DNA from: Rhynchobatus australiae
Taxonomy: Eukaryota
Assembly: GCA_034780895.1 (NCBI GenBank)
Contig: JAUZTB010000033.1
Location: 26,713,051 to 26,777,050, forward strand
Length of the DNA stretch: 64,000 bases
Reading direction: 5' to 3'
The notes beneath the pieces are model-generated. The model was given only the letters and a program-made list of their open reading frames with translations, had not been told where the DNA came from and ran no database searches. Positions within the stretch are counted from its first letter, which is position 1; each line of letters opens with the position of its first letter. The position numbers and the translations under genes were made by a program. Shown here piece by piece: positions 1 through 12,551 of the stretch.

Positions 1-94
1 CTTACCTGCATCAACCTATCACCATCTTGTGCCCACCCCGCCTCCCCTCTTTTGTCCACCTGTCACTGCTCTGCTTTTCCCTCTTCTATATTGG

Positions 95-238
95 ACTTAA
101 GGTTAGGAAGTCGTGGGCATGCTATGTTGGCGCTGGAAGTGTGGCGACTCTGGGGGGCTGTTCCAAGAACACTCTATGCAAAAAGATGCATTTCACTGTT
201 CGTTTCAATGTACATGTGACTAATAAAGATACCTTATC
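95..238 (+). mobile_element. SINE 3' part (tail type B) nested in a Penelope-derived repeat
   Basis: Near-identical to the reverse complement of 25406-25550, which is attached to a V-SINE core. Confidence 0.75.
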
Positions 239-860
239 TTCAGTCCTAAAGAAGGATCCTGACCCGAAACGTTGACCACTTGCTTTTCTCCACGGATGCT
301 GCCTGGCCTGCTGAGTTCCTCCAGCATCATAGTGTTTTTCATCTCGATTCCAGCATCTGCAGTCCTTTATTTCTCTACTTTCAGAATCAGTTTGAGATAT
401 TTGACCATTTTTGTGCATTCTAACTGATCTGCAGAATTCTTTCCATTTATCCACAGATTTAAAGATGTCCTGCCTGAGTTTATGATGCTTTCAAAGTCTT
501 TTTTCTTTTCAAGAATACTTTGAAGTAAACTCGAGATTGACTTCCCAAATCTTTGCTAAGTTTTGCATTTAAATGATTGCCAACTTTTTTCCATGAACTG
601 GCTGAGATGATACTTGTAATCAACATGTTTTGTTATAACAGCCATGGTTTCATAGATAGAGTTTTTCTATAATTTAAAACACTAATAATTCAATACAAAC
701 CTCACCCTTCTGAAGTATTTTCAAGGGTTTTATGGCCATAAAATAATGCACAAAGGGGCAATCTGCTTGCTTTGTGACATTTATGTTCAAAAAAATATTG
801 ACAACCTCAACTCACTAATACAGCACTCAATTACTTACATCAGAATTATTAAAACAAGTT

Positions 861-1663
861 AGAACATAGAACAGTACAGCACAGGAACAGGCCCTTTGGC
901 CCACGATGTTGTGCTGAACCAATTAAACTAATAATTAAATGCCTAACTAAACTAATCCCTTCTGCCTGCACAATGTCCATACCTCTTCATTTTCTGCACA
1001 TCCACGTGCCTATCTACGAGCCTCTTAATCTCCTCCATCGCATTTGCCTCCACTACCACCCCTGGCAGTGCCTTCCAGGCACCCACCATTCTCTGTGAAA
1101 AAAACTTGCCCCACACATCTCCTTTGAACTTACCCCCTCTCATCTTAAATGCATGCCCTCCAATATTAGATATTTTGGCCCTGGTAAAAAGATACTGGCT
1201 GTCCACTCTATCTCTCTCATATTCTTATAAACTTCTATCAGGTCTCCCTCAGCNNNNNNNNNNNNNNNNNNNNNNNNNNNNNNNNNNNNNNNNNNNNNNN
1301 NNNNNNNNNNNNNNNNNNNNNNNNNNNNNNNNNNNNNNNNNNNNTTCTGCGTCCTTTCCAAAGCCTCCATATCCTTCCTATAATGGGGCAACTAGAATTG
1401 AATGCAATACTCTAGATGCAGTCTAACTAGAGTTTTATAAAGCTGCAACTTCCCAACTCTTGAACTCAATGCCTTGACTAATAAAGGCAAGCATGCCATA
1501 TTCCTTTACTGTATAGTGTACTTTACTGTACAGTGCAACACCTCACATTTGGCTGGATTAAACTTGATCTGCCATTTATCTACAATTAATCTACATCCTA
1601 CTATGTCCTTTGGCACTCTTCTATACTATCCACAACACATCAATCTTTGTATCATCTGCAAAG
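861..1663 (-). mobile_element. CR1/HER1-type LINE 3' fragment
   Basis: Minus-strand ORF remnants (RKDMEALER, GDLIEVYK, FFSQRMVGAWKALP), an FADDTK-like motif near 1650, and a (TTCTATG)-type tail at 861. Confidence 0.85.
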
Positions 1664-1950
1664 TTGATGAATGTGGTTGTGGAAATACTGCCACATCCTC
1701 CAAAACTGCCATATCACTTAAATTCTGTTGAATCCAAATTCCATCATGTCCTACCTCCCAAAATGTCCACAGGCACGTCCTCCAATACACAAAATTCCAC
1801 CACTGTGTCCACAAATCTCTACCACATCATCCCAGGGTTCCCTAATCTCATGTTTGCCCCAATGCTAAATTATCACTTTCAGGCCATGGCTCTGAATGTA
1901 CACTGATTTTATAAGGGTGGATATGATGGCTTTGAGTAAATTTCCACATA

Positions 1951-2062
1951 TGGAACTCTATTTGTGCTGTTTAAACTACAAGAACTATAATTGCCAGTGC
2001 ACAGTTTGGAACTCTATTTGTGCTGTTTAAACTACAAGAACTATAATTGCCAGTGCACAGTT
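1951..2062. repeat. Perfect 56 bp tandem duplication
   Basis: TGGAACTCTATTTGTGCTG...GCCAGTGCACAGTT at 1951-2006 and 2007-2062. Confidence 0.95.
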
Positions 2063-2298
2063 GACAAATATAGAATGCCTAAAAACCACAAGACCTAAAA
2101 CAGAGATCCTACCACAGTTCAGAAATATTGCAAGGGGGAACCTGTGAAGCCTGAAAATCTTCAGACTTCTTTATGCTGCAACCTCCAACAATACTGTTGA
2201 CACACAGGCCAATCATATTCAGGTTTTCCAAGAGCACTTGATCAAAAGCTACGCCTCCAAATGCAAAACTACTTTCCTTAATCCCCTACAATCTAGAA

Positions 2299-2400
2299 TT
2301 TCAAAGTCAAAGTCGAGTTTATTGTCATATGCACAAGTACATGTATGCACAGGTGCAACAGAAAACTTATTTGCAACAGCATCACAGGCACATAGCAGCA
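2299..2400 (-). mobile_element. LINE 3' tail (Rex1/Babar- or L2-like)
   Basis: Reverse complement ends GTACTTGTGCATATGACAATAAA(CTTTGA)n. Confidence 0.55.
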
Positions 2401-2643
2401 GAATGCACTCAAGTGTTATTCTACCCAATTCTACAGATTCTTCACCAACAGTAATAACACTTAGCATCCTCTGGCCAGACCATATTCAAATAACTTCCCA
2501 GCACTCTGAGATCCATCACAATCAATAATGCCAAACACAAAAAAAGCCCCTCCCAAAATTACACACCTTGCCTCCCCATCCTAGACTATCTTTTCATTAC
2601 TACCATCTGATAACAATCCCCTCTCACAGAGTCCAACTCCTTT

Positions 2644-4377
2644 GTGATTTTTATAAATGACTTGGATGAGGAAGTGGAAGAGTGGGTTGGTAAGTTTGCA
2701 GATGACACAAAAGTTGGTGGTGTAGTAGATAGTGAAGGAAGTTGTCATAGGTTGCAATGGGATTTAGACAGGATACAGAGCTGGGCAGAGAAGTGGCAGA
2801 TGGAGTTCAATCTGGAGAAGTGTGAAGTGATACACTNNNNNNNNNNNNNNNNNNNNNNNNNNNNNNNNNNNNNNNNNNNNNNNNNNNNNNNNNNNNNNNN
2901 NNNNNNNNNNNNNNNNNNNNNNNNNNNNNNNNNNNNNNNNNNNNNNNNNNNNNNNNNNNNNNNNNNNNNNNNNNNNNNNNNNNNNNNNNNNNNNNNNNNN
3001 NNNNNNNNNNNNNNNNNNNNNNNNNNNNNNNNNNNNNNNNNNNNNNNNNNNNNNNNNNNNNNNNNNNNNNNNNNNNNNNNNNNNNNNNNNNNNNNNNNNN
3101 NNNNNNNNNNNNNNNNNNNNNNNNNNNNNNNNNNNNNNNNNNNNNNNNNNNNNNNNNNNNNNNNNNNNNNNNNNNNNNNNNNNNNNNNNNNNNNNNNNNN
3201 NNNNNNNNNNNNNNNNNNNNNNNNNNNNNNNNNNNNNNNNNNNNNNNNNNNNNNNNNNNNNNNNNNNNNNNNNNNNNNNNNNNNNNNNNNNNNNNNNNNN
3301 NNNNNNNNNNNNNNNNNNNNNNNNNNNNNNNNNNNNNNNNNNNNNNNNNNNNNNNNNNNNNNNNNNNNNNNNNNNNNNNNNNNNNNNNNNNNNNNNNNNN
3401 NNNNNNNNNNNNNNNNNNNNNNNNNNNNNNNNNNNNNNNNNNNNNNNNNNNNNNNNNNNNNNNNNNNNNNNNNNNNNNNNNNNNNNNNNNNNNNNNNNNN
3501 NNNNNNNNNNNNNNNNNNNNNNNNNNNNNNNNNNNNNNNNNNNNNNNNNNNNNNNNNNNNNNNNNNNNNNNNNNNCAGATGGAGTTCAATCTGGAGAAGT
3601 GTGAAGTGATACACTTTGGAAGAATGAACTTGAAGGCAGAGTACATGGTTAAGGTAGGATTCTTAGCAGTGTGGGGTCCAAGTACAACGATCCCTCAAAG
3701 TTGCTGCACAAGTAAATAGGGTAGTTAAGAAGGCGTATGGTATGCCGGCCTTCATTAGCTGGGGGATTGAGTTCAAGAGCTGAGAGGTAATATTACAGCT
3801 CTATAAGACTCTAGTTAGACCACACTTAAGAGTACTGTGTTCCATTTCTGGTCACCACATTAAAGGAAGCACATGGAAGCTTTGGAGAGGGTGCAGAGGA
3901 GATTTACAAGGATGTTACCTGGGTTGGAGAGAATGTCTTATGAGGAGAGGCTGAGAGATTTAGGGCTTTTCTCTTTGGAACGACAGAGGATGAGAGGAGA
4001 TGATAGAGGTTTATAAGATTATGAGAGGCATACACAGAGTGGACAGCCAGCATCTTTTCCTCAAGGTGGCAATGGCCAGTACTAGAGGTTACTCATTTAA
4101 GGTGTGTGGAGGAAAGTTCAGGGGAAATGTCCGAGGTAGGTTTTATTTTACACAGAGAGTGGGGGTGCCTGGAATGCACTGCCAGGGGTGGTGGTAGAGG
4201 CCTATACGATTGGGTCATTTAAGAGACTATAATGGATAGGCACATGGACGAAAGAAAAATAAAGGGTTATGGGAGGTGAAAAAGAGTGGAGCATGGATTG
4301 AACGGGGATAAGGCTTATATAGGTCGGCACAACGTTGTGGGCTGAAGGGCCCGTACTGTGCTGTACTGTTCTATGTA
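2644..4377 (+). mobile_element. CR1/HER1-type LINE 3' portion (RT and tail), spanning an N gap
   Basis: IFINDLD...KFADDTK...WAEKWQMEFN.EKCEV; MIEVYKIMRG; 3' tail GGGCTGAAGGGCC...GTGCTGTACTGTTCTATG. Confidence 0.9.
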
Positions 4378-4792
4378 TCCCAACCTGTTTGAGTTAGAGG
4401 ATTATCAAGCCTTTTGGCCCACCATGTCCAAGCCGATTCTCATATGCCCTCTTGTTCTAGGTACCTCTGCTATGGGGAAAAAGTTTCTGACTAACAATCC
4501 CCTTCATAGTTCTGTACACCTCTATCAAGTACCCCTCAGCCTCCACTGCTCCAAGGAAAACAAACCTGACCCACGTGCCAGCACTACCACGTGACTTGCC
4601 CTCTACCACTTTGCCATTTATCTCATATTTTTAAAAAGCAATATTCAGTGAACAGGTGAACAAATATTAAAGCTGGATCACTAGCTTAATTANNNNNNNN
4701 NNNNNNNNNNNNNNNNNNNNNNNNNNNNNNNNNNNNNNNNNNNNNNNNNNNNNNNNNNNNNNNNNNNNNNNNNNNNNNNNNNNNNNNNNNNN

Positions 4793-5317
4793 TAGTTCAG
4801 GTATCGCCCTGGTTGAAATGGACTGCTAATGCGCGAACACATACGTTTAATTCTTAAATGTTTAGTAATTTATTACATTACTTCACCTTCATAGGGCGAC
4901 GGGTGGTTCTGTTAGGGTAGCGGGTCGAGGTGTCATCTTGGAAAAAGTAGAGAAAACGCTGTTTACTCCTGCAGCCTGTCTCTCTGTTCAGACTGTTCAG
5001 GACCCGCCCTTACTCTGCTCTGATTGGCTAAAACTGCAACTCTGGTTCTTTTTATTGGTTGAAAGCAGCATCAGTCAAATCCAGCCGGATAGAAGTCCCC
5101 GAAACACACGTTTTTTTCTCCTCCTCACCTTTAGTAAATCCGCAGCGGAGACGAAGAACTTAAATCCGTTCTGCCTGACAAAATTCAAGACCCTTGAGTG
5201 ACGTTTTCAAGACTAACTTCCACATTATTCATAAATTCAATACTTTTCAAGGCCCTTAATTTTGCAAAAATGAGTATAAGACTTTTCAAGACTTTTCAAG
5301 ACCCCGCGGACACCCTG
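4793..5317. mobile_element. End of a DNA transposon (hAT-like CAGGG terminus with subterminal repeats)
   Basis: The minus strand starts CAGGGTGTCCGCGGGGTCTTGAAAAGTCTTGAAAAGTCTT. TTCAAGAC-type units at 5184, 5204, 5236, 5244, 5283 and 5293. CpG-rich. The other end is missing (gap 4693-4792). Confidence 0.6.
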
Positions 5318-6092
5318 TTTTAGCTTAACCATATCTGCTTTTGCTACCTTTAGCTAGTCTTTTGCTTCTCTTTGCTGAGTGTTTTGCTACTTTGAGTTCT
5401 AGCAAGCCTTGTTCTTTTAGCTTCTAGCTGGGCTTTATTACTTGTAGTCAGCCTTTTGTCACTTTTAAGCTCTTCACAGCTTTTTGATATTTTAACTATA
5501 ACATTATGATAACATGATAACATAACTAAAGTTCATTTATTTGGCATAAATTACTCAGCCTAATTACTATGTATTCATGCACATGCCATGTCAAATACTT
5601 CTTTTAAAAGTCTACTTCTTGTTCAGAATTAATTAAAGATGCATTTATTCTACCACACTGCATTAAAATTATTTCATCCCACAGAACTGAGTCTGAGCCC
5701 TAACTTACATTTTCTCAATGTACTAAAAACAGCAAGTAATACGAAGTTCCATTGCTTTGAAGAGAGCTTAAGCATTTTAAAACAATCTTCCTAACATCAA
5801 AATAACAAGTTTTTGCTTCTGGTCTATGGAAGATTAAATCCTAAAATGTCATGTGCTTCAGCAGAGTATTCCTATTTCACAACATCTCCAGCCCAGTCTA
5901 TGGGTTGAACCTGCAGCCTGTTGACATGTAATAAAGTCAGGTGATCAAGTTCATGAAGAGTAATGAGAGATGAATCTACCAATAGCTTTGCTGGCAAATT
6001 CCTAAACAAGGAATTAGTCTGAGGGATTGTGCTACCTCTGCCTGTAAAGAGGAAAGGGCTGGGCACACAGTCAGCCATGCCAAGGGAAACCG

Positions 6093-6250
6093 GTGAGGAG
6101 TTTGTATGTTCTTCCGTGTCTGTGTGGGTTTCCTCCGGGTGGTCCGGTTTCCTCCCACATTCCAAAGACATACGGGTACGTTAACATGGGTTTAAAATGG
6201 GCGGCGTGGACTCACTGGACCAGAAGGGCCTGTTACCACGCTGTAAATAA
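6093..6250 (+). mobile_element. 5'-truncated V-SINE (HE1-like, tail type A)
   Basis: Core GGAGTTTGTATGTTCT..GTGGGTTTCCTCCGGGTG..CCGGTTTCCTCCCACA followed by a CR1-like tail. Confidence 0.85.
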
Positions 6251-8039
6251 TTTTTTTTTAAATCTTAAAAAATTTAGCAAAAGGAAAATCATTCTGAAGC
6301 CCCAAAAGATCAGATGAACAGCCATGATTAGGTAAAGGCTTTAAAAACTGTAGTGTGAGTCCATCCTTAATGTTTTGGGACAAACCAGTGCATGCACATC
6401 CATTGCCTCAAACAAATTTTTCACTGGGGAAGTCTTAAGCCTGCTTGCCCCTGACTTGTATATGCCTCGGGGTTTGTGTTAATGTTAACAAAGACAAGAT
6501 TTGACTTTGGCTATTACTTTGCTCACTATTTGTAATACAAAGCAACCTAACAATTTAACGTCAGCCTTTAGAAAGTTTTAGAAACACAGGGGCAGCTATG
6601 AATAACTGAGCTTCCAGGGAAGAGTACAAGGAAGTCCCTTCTTAAATACACAGGTTTGCAAAACTGCATAATGAGATATTTCACAATACTGGGACAATGC
6701 TGATCACATGAATGTTTAAACAATTGTCTGTGTGATTAACATATCACTTAATCTGCAATTTTTAGTTGATCTTCTAAAAATGTTAACCTGAATTATTTTA
6801 TTTCCATTATATTAACTAGAGAAATCTGGTAAAAACAAAATGATGCAAATTATTTTGCATAGATTTTTTTGGCAGTTCTTTTGAAAAACTGATCAGACCT
6901 TAATCATTTAAAAAGGGAAGGAAAGGAAATTCCCTATCATTCTGCATGCAGAAATTTACTTTTGAATGCATTTCCTGGTTTTCTATTTTCATTTTAATCT
7001 CTACTCTCAAGAGTTTCCTTTAAAAGACTAAATGGTAATTAGGTGGTTTAAATCAAAATACTGAAATCCATCATCTAAAGTTGCAAACTACTCTCATTTT
7101 TCATTAAAAGAGTGAAATGTTTCATCCAACAATCCAAACAGAAAGCTAGCACCACTGAAATCCAAGCACACTTCAAACAAAACCCAAGTGTCTCCACTTA
7201 AACAATAAACTGTAAATCATACAGCCAGATTGCATGCTTTCTGGGTATTATCTGGTGTCAACACTAGTGGCTCCATTGATAAGACCCTCCCAGGGTGCAT
7301 ATACATGCTTTCATAACAGCTAATCTCACTTCCTGATAACACTGAAGTAACAGTACAAGGAACAGCAGACCACAATCCACTTCTCACTACCTCAAGTGAC
7401 CAGAGTTTTAGATGATGTCTGCTACTTCCTCAATGTTCATATATTTATAGCAAAGACAAAAATTCTTTAAAATTTTTTGCATTCACAGAATTAGCAGCAG
7501 AAATGCTTGTGTATTTCCTGAGAACACATAATGGAGCAGTGGACCAAAAACAGTTCACACGCTCAGTCACTTACTGGGTAAAGAAAAAGCTTAAAGTAGT
7601 CAACTCCTGAAATATATTTAAAAGAAATGATGCAATAAGAGACATATCCTAGCACACATATGGTCCTCCAAATAGCTCAGGTGGTTACAACTCTATAAAG
7701 ACAATGAGATTTCAGGATGAGTCCAATGAGACTGGAAGGACAGTGACATTGGCCTCACCTCCCCTGCATTAGGGAAGGGAAAGAAAAAAAGGAAATTTCT
7801 TGTTCTTGACTTCAAGTTTGCTGAAAGGTCACAAGTGTCAATGCTGTTGTGTGAGTGGAACAAATCAGCAGTGATGTTTCTACCTCCAGTCAGAAATCAG
7901 GCGATACTTATGATTCAGGCTTATACACAATGAATGAGCATGGTGAAGAGCAACTAGTGCTCAACAAGACATTGATGGGAAAGTGGACATTAATGGGAAG
8001 ATTAATGGAAAAGGAAGGAGAAGGGGATGGTGGAAACAG

Positions 8040-9700
8040 AATTGGTCAGGGCCCTCAATAGGGAAACAGATAGGCCCAAGGGAGAAAGGTTTCCGCATGC
8101 TGTGAAGAAGGGATGGGGGAATGCGACTGATGGGATCCAGTAACAGATCATGCGGGCTGAATGGCCTCCTTCTGGGTGACGATGATGTAAATTTAGTCAG
8201 AGGGTGGTAGGTATATGGAAATGAACTGCCAGAGGAAGTGGTAGAGGTGGGTACAATTACAATGTTTAAAAGGCATTTAGACAGGTACATGGACAGGAAA
8301 GGTTAAGGGGAAAATGGGACTAGCTCAGTTAGGCAACATGGTTGACATGGACGAGTTAGGCAGAAGGGCTTATTTCTGTGTTCTGTAGCTCTAAATGCTC
8401 ATGAAACTAATGGTAGTTTATTCTTCCAATAAATGGGAATATCTAGTACACTTAATGATGCATTTTTTGTGCAATATCATCACCCATGGCATCTTCAAAA
8501 AGAGGCAATGTAACAAAATGGGATTGTTGGCTTTTCAGTGTCTAAGCCAAACAGGGAGATAAATGTTGCCTGTCTGCCAGGAGCCACAGCAAATAATTTG
8601 AAAAACTAATCGTTTATTGGTTGGGGAATCGGTGGGAGATTATGTTTTAATTACAGAAAGCATTAGTAAAACCACATTTGGAGCAATGTGTGGTGTATTG
8701 GTCTCCTTATTTAAAGACATATGTTAATAAATTGAAAGCAGTTCAGAGAAGGTTTACTAGACTACTAGCTGGAATGGGTTGGTTTGTCTTATGGGGAAAT
8801 AATGGACAGTCTAGGCTTGTATCTGCTGGAGTTTAGAAAGGCAAGTGGGGACTTGATTAAAACATTTAAGATCCGGAGGGTTGTTGACAGTGTGGATGTG
8901 GAGAGGATGGTTCCTTTTGTGGGAAAATCCCTACACCTTAACTTCCCTCAAAGCTACAAACGTGTTCAACTTTCCTTCTCTCCAGCTCTTGTAAAGCATT
9001 GGTGTCTTCTCTTCACAACTAACAGAGGTCATGTTTAAGGATAAGAGATGACCTATTTAAAACAGAGAGGAGGAGAAACTTATTCTCTCCGAGGGCCTTG
9101 AGTCTTTGGGATTCCGACAGCAGAAACAGAGCCTTTGAATTTTTTTTAAGGAAGAGAGATATGGGATGAAAGGTTACCATGGAAAGACAGGAAATGTAGA
9201 GCTCAGATTACATCAGGTCAGCCACAATCTTATGAAATGGTAGAGCGGACACGAGGGGCCGAGTGGCCTATTCCTGCTATTTATTCATATATTTGTAATT
9301 ATGCCAGCATCAAAAAAGGTCATCATGACAGTCAGTGACTTTTTCCTGATGAAGTACCTAGGTCAAAGACTCTTATGTACTGTGATGACTTAAAAGAGGT
9401 TGATATTTTTACTTTAGGAAATCAAAGACCTTAAATAGATTTGATTGAGGTCTTTAAAATTATGGAAAAATCAGAATTACTCCATTTTGATTTTTTTTTA
9501 ATTAGATGGGTTACAAAACATAGCATTTAAATAGGTTAAGGGTCAAACGATATTCTTTTTCCAAGAGAGTATTTGGTCTTTATAAGTTATTCCTGGCATG
9601 ATGTGAATGGAGATTTACTGCAAACATTTAAAAAAAAGTAGTCAAATTGCTGATTGTAGGTGGCATCACTATGTGCAAAGGTCACTGTGGTCTCCTGGGT
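8040..9700 (+). mobile_element. Cluster of CR1 3' fragments
   Basis: MSYGE..SLGLYLLEFRKASGDLIKTFKI remnant and several CR1 tails (GGGCTGAATGGCCTCCTTCTG, GGGCCGAGTGGCCTATTCCTGCT). Confidence 0.75.
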
Positions 9701-11131
9701 GATGGGATTGGGACTTGCTGAGGAATTTGAGGGAGCCTAAAGTAATACCATACTCATGACTCAATCTGGTTTTTTCCTCTCCCCATTGGTCAAAATGAAA
9801 ATCCTTAATAAACCATATAGTCACATATGACTATGCAGATCCAAAGAAATATCCTGTGAACACTTTTCCACTAATCATTACTTTTAGTCAAGAAATGCGT
9901 GGGAGTGAGGTTGGAAAAGAATTCCTGAAATTACTGATGCATTACTCTTTATCGCCTGTTCACAAATGGCAAGATAACACCATTTGCAATTAAGATAGAA
10001 ATGCTTACCAAAACACAAATCTCACAGAAAAGGCAGCAAATCAATCAGTTGGTTCAGCAGTAGTTTTATTCTCCCCACATTCCCTATCAATTTCCCACAG
10101 ATTCCATCATTCACCTACATACTACAGAATATTTTATAGAACATTTAAATTATGCTATTAAATTGTATCTGTGGAGTGTATTGCCTCAGTAATTATCATT
10201 CTTCCTTTCATTACATATCACACAGTGCACTGCAGATTACTGTTCCAACAGAGTGACTTGATTGCTTTGGTTTCACAGGGCCTGCTGCTGGTGAGCAGGG
10301 TATCCGGGATTGGGTAACCGGATGATGTGACCCAGGAGCATCCAGGAGGGAGCCAGAGGGCTCTGGGAGCAGCCAAGCAAGGTCAGAGAAGGCAGGGTAG
10401 GTCAGGCAATCTGATTCATTGCAGTAGAGGCCTTGTATCTCATTTTAAGTCCAGCATTAACTATAAATGTAATCAGTTTTAAAATAGCTTAGTAATATTT
10501 TGCAGTCCTGGTAAACTTGTTTGTCTTTTGGAATTGTCATCAAGGACATGAAACTGACATTGTTAAACTGTGTAACAGTGTATTTATTTATCACTGTGTT
10601 TGGTATTCACTTATTATAAGATTTAGCAAAATTCAAAGTAAATATTATTATTGATTTTCTCCAAATTTACTATTTTTAAGGTTCTATTGATCCCAGTGGT
10701 GTTGTCCCAATTATTGATGCCAAAATGAAACGAAAAATGCAGAAAATATCAACAACTTGACTCGTATCACTTAACATTTTACTTATTCTGAATAAGTTCA
10801 TCTTGCTTATGGGAATTTGACAGGGCATTTTGTAAGTCAATATGCAAGAACATCAAAGTGAAAATGGGTAAGGAAATTAGTATGGAGCAGTTAAGATGCT
10901 GCGTAGACCAATTTATTCCATGCTGACAATTTTCTTTCTCCACAATGGTGCAAAGTATAAATAAAGTGTAATTCTTAAACTTTATCATGATGTTACAACA
11001 GAACACAATTTTCTTCATTGTTAACTCAGTTTTCTNNNACTTATTAGTTCCCATCTGGACCACATTCCCTCCGTCACCAAGAAGATGACATAGAAAGCTA
11101 GATCAGCCAATGCAAGTCAAAACAACTATAT

Positions 11132-12551
11132 TTCTCTGCTCAAAAGTAGTCAACAAAGAATAGGGACTGAATGGAGAGATCAGGGTGGGCTCTCTGCCAG
11201 TTAGGAAACACAAGATATTGAATGCCAGGAACAAATTTAACCTAGTAGATGCTATTGAGCTCTGTGATTTCCACATAACATCCCTCTACAGGAACAGCTG
11301 AGATCATAAACTCTACATTCCATCAATCCACTGGTGCTTCACAAATGACCACTAAAACCTTGAAAGAAATATGCTGTTAATCCCTATGGACACAATGGTT
11401 TTATTCACTAAGAATAGAGTGCCACTGTAAGTTAACTTTCAACAAAAATACTTCCTTTGCACATTTTTCTACATTCATTTCTCTGGGTATTTCACTTTGA
11501 AAGACAGAATAATTTGGGTGAAGGAGCCTATGGTAAATAGAGGGGATACAATGGGCATCAGGATTGGCCTATGATTTCTTTTAGTCATGAATATTGCTCT
11601 TACCTGTTTCATCACATCGAGGATGAGTTCACAGTAAACTTCATTGATTGCCATTGACAATGTTTGTCTGTTCATGCCCTTCGAGTACAACCCTGAGCCA
11701 ACCAGTTTGATGAATTCCCAAACAGAAAGGCCAAGTTGAGCTCTGTAATCTTCAAAGTGCTCCTGCTGCCAATTAATTCCCATTGCCTCGGTCAGCTTCC
11801 GGAGGAAATACTCAATCTGAGCAGTCAGATCAAAAACATTGTATTAGCACATTGATGTCCACAAAAATTCTAATTTCATGACTTAATCTAATATTCAAAC
11901 AGAATATGCAAATTAAATAACTACTTCTATATTTAAAATAATCAATTAATCTGTTTTGATGTTACTCATGGGGAATTCAGGACCTGGAGGATTTTCTTAG
12001 GTCAAGAGGGAGGGCAGGGAGATAGCCAAATCAAGGCAGGAGCACAATTGACAGGAAAGGGAAAAACAGAAAAAAGTGGGAAAGAGGGAAAAGCAGACAT
12101 TACTGGGGGTGGGGGGGAACGGTGAGAGAAAGGGAGGGGGTAGGGGCAAAAGAAGAGATTTACAATTCAGGTTTCTATTCCAATTTTTAAGTCATAGTAT
12201 GCCATTAATGCCTTATTAGTGCATCCCTAAGTCATTTCCATACTTCTAGTCCTTGAATATAATGTAAAATAGTAGAGAATTGCTGGAGTTGGAGCCAGTT
12301 ACTATGGAGAAGACCAATGTCAGCAAACCTTTCTAATCCTGCATGTCAATTCCAACATCAAGACCGCAAAACAAAAGGCTCCAAACAAGTTGGGTCAGCC
12401 AGTATTCAGCTCTGACGTGCATTTCTGCACCATTATCCAGAAGCAAATGCAAGCCAACATTGACAATACTTCTCTCCTCAAAAGAAGTCAACAAAGAATA
12501 GAGACTTAATGGAGAGATCAGGGTGGGCTCTCTGCCAGTGAGGAAGCACAA
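11132..12551. repeat. 82 bp direct repeat pair flanking SWAP70 exon 4
   Basis: 11132-11213 versus 12470-12551, 6 mismatches counted by eye. Confidence 0.9.
11604..11816 (-). CDS. SWAP70: SWAP70 coding exon 4 (gene continues left of the window)
   Basis: [42 protein letters not shown]...[16 protein letters not shown]; CAG| acceptor, |GTAAGA donor; 213 nt. No PH-domain exon was found in 1-11603. Confidence 0.95.

Noticed and set aside
9309-9325. IKKGH peptide resembling the SWAP70 PH exon start (MKKGH)
   Set aside because: Wrong strand, no splice sites and no downstream NWTERWF. Exon 5 was not found in the window.
12104-12146. G-quadruplex-like G runs near SWAP70 exon 4
   Set aside because: Part of a purine-rich low-complexity tract; it is C-rich in the pre-mRNA and has no further support.
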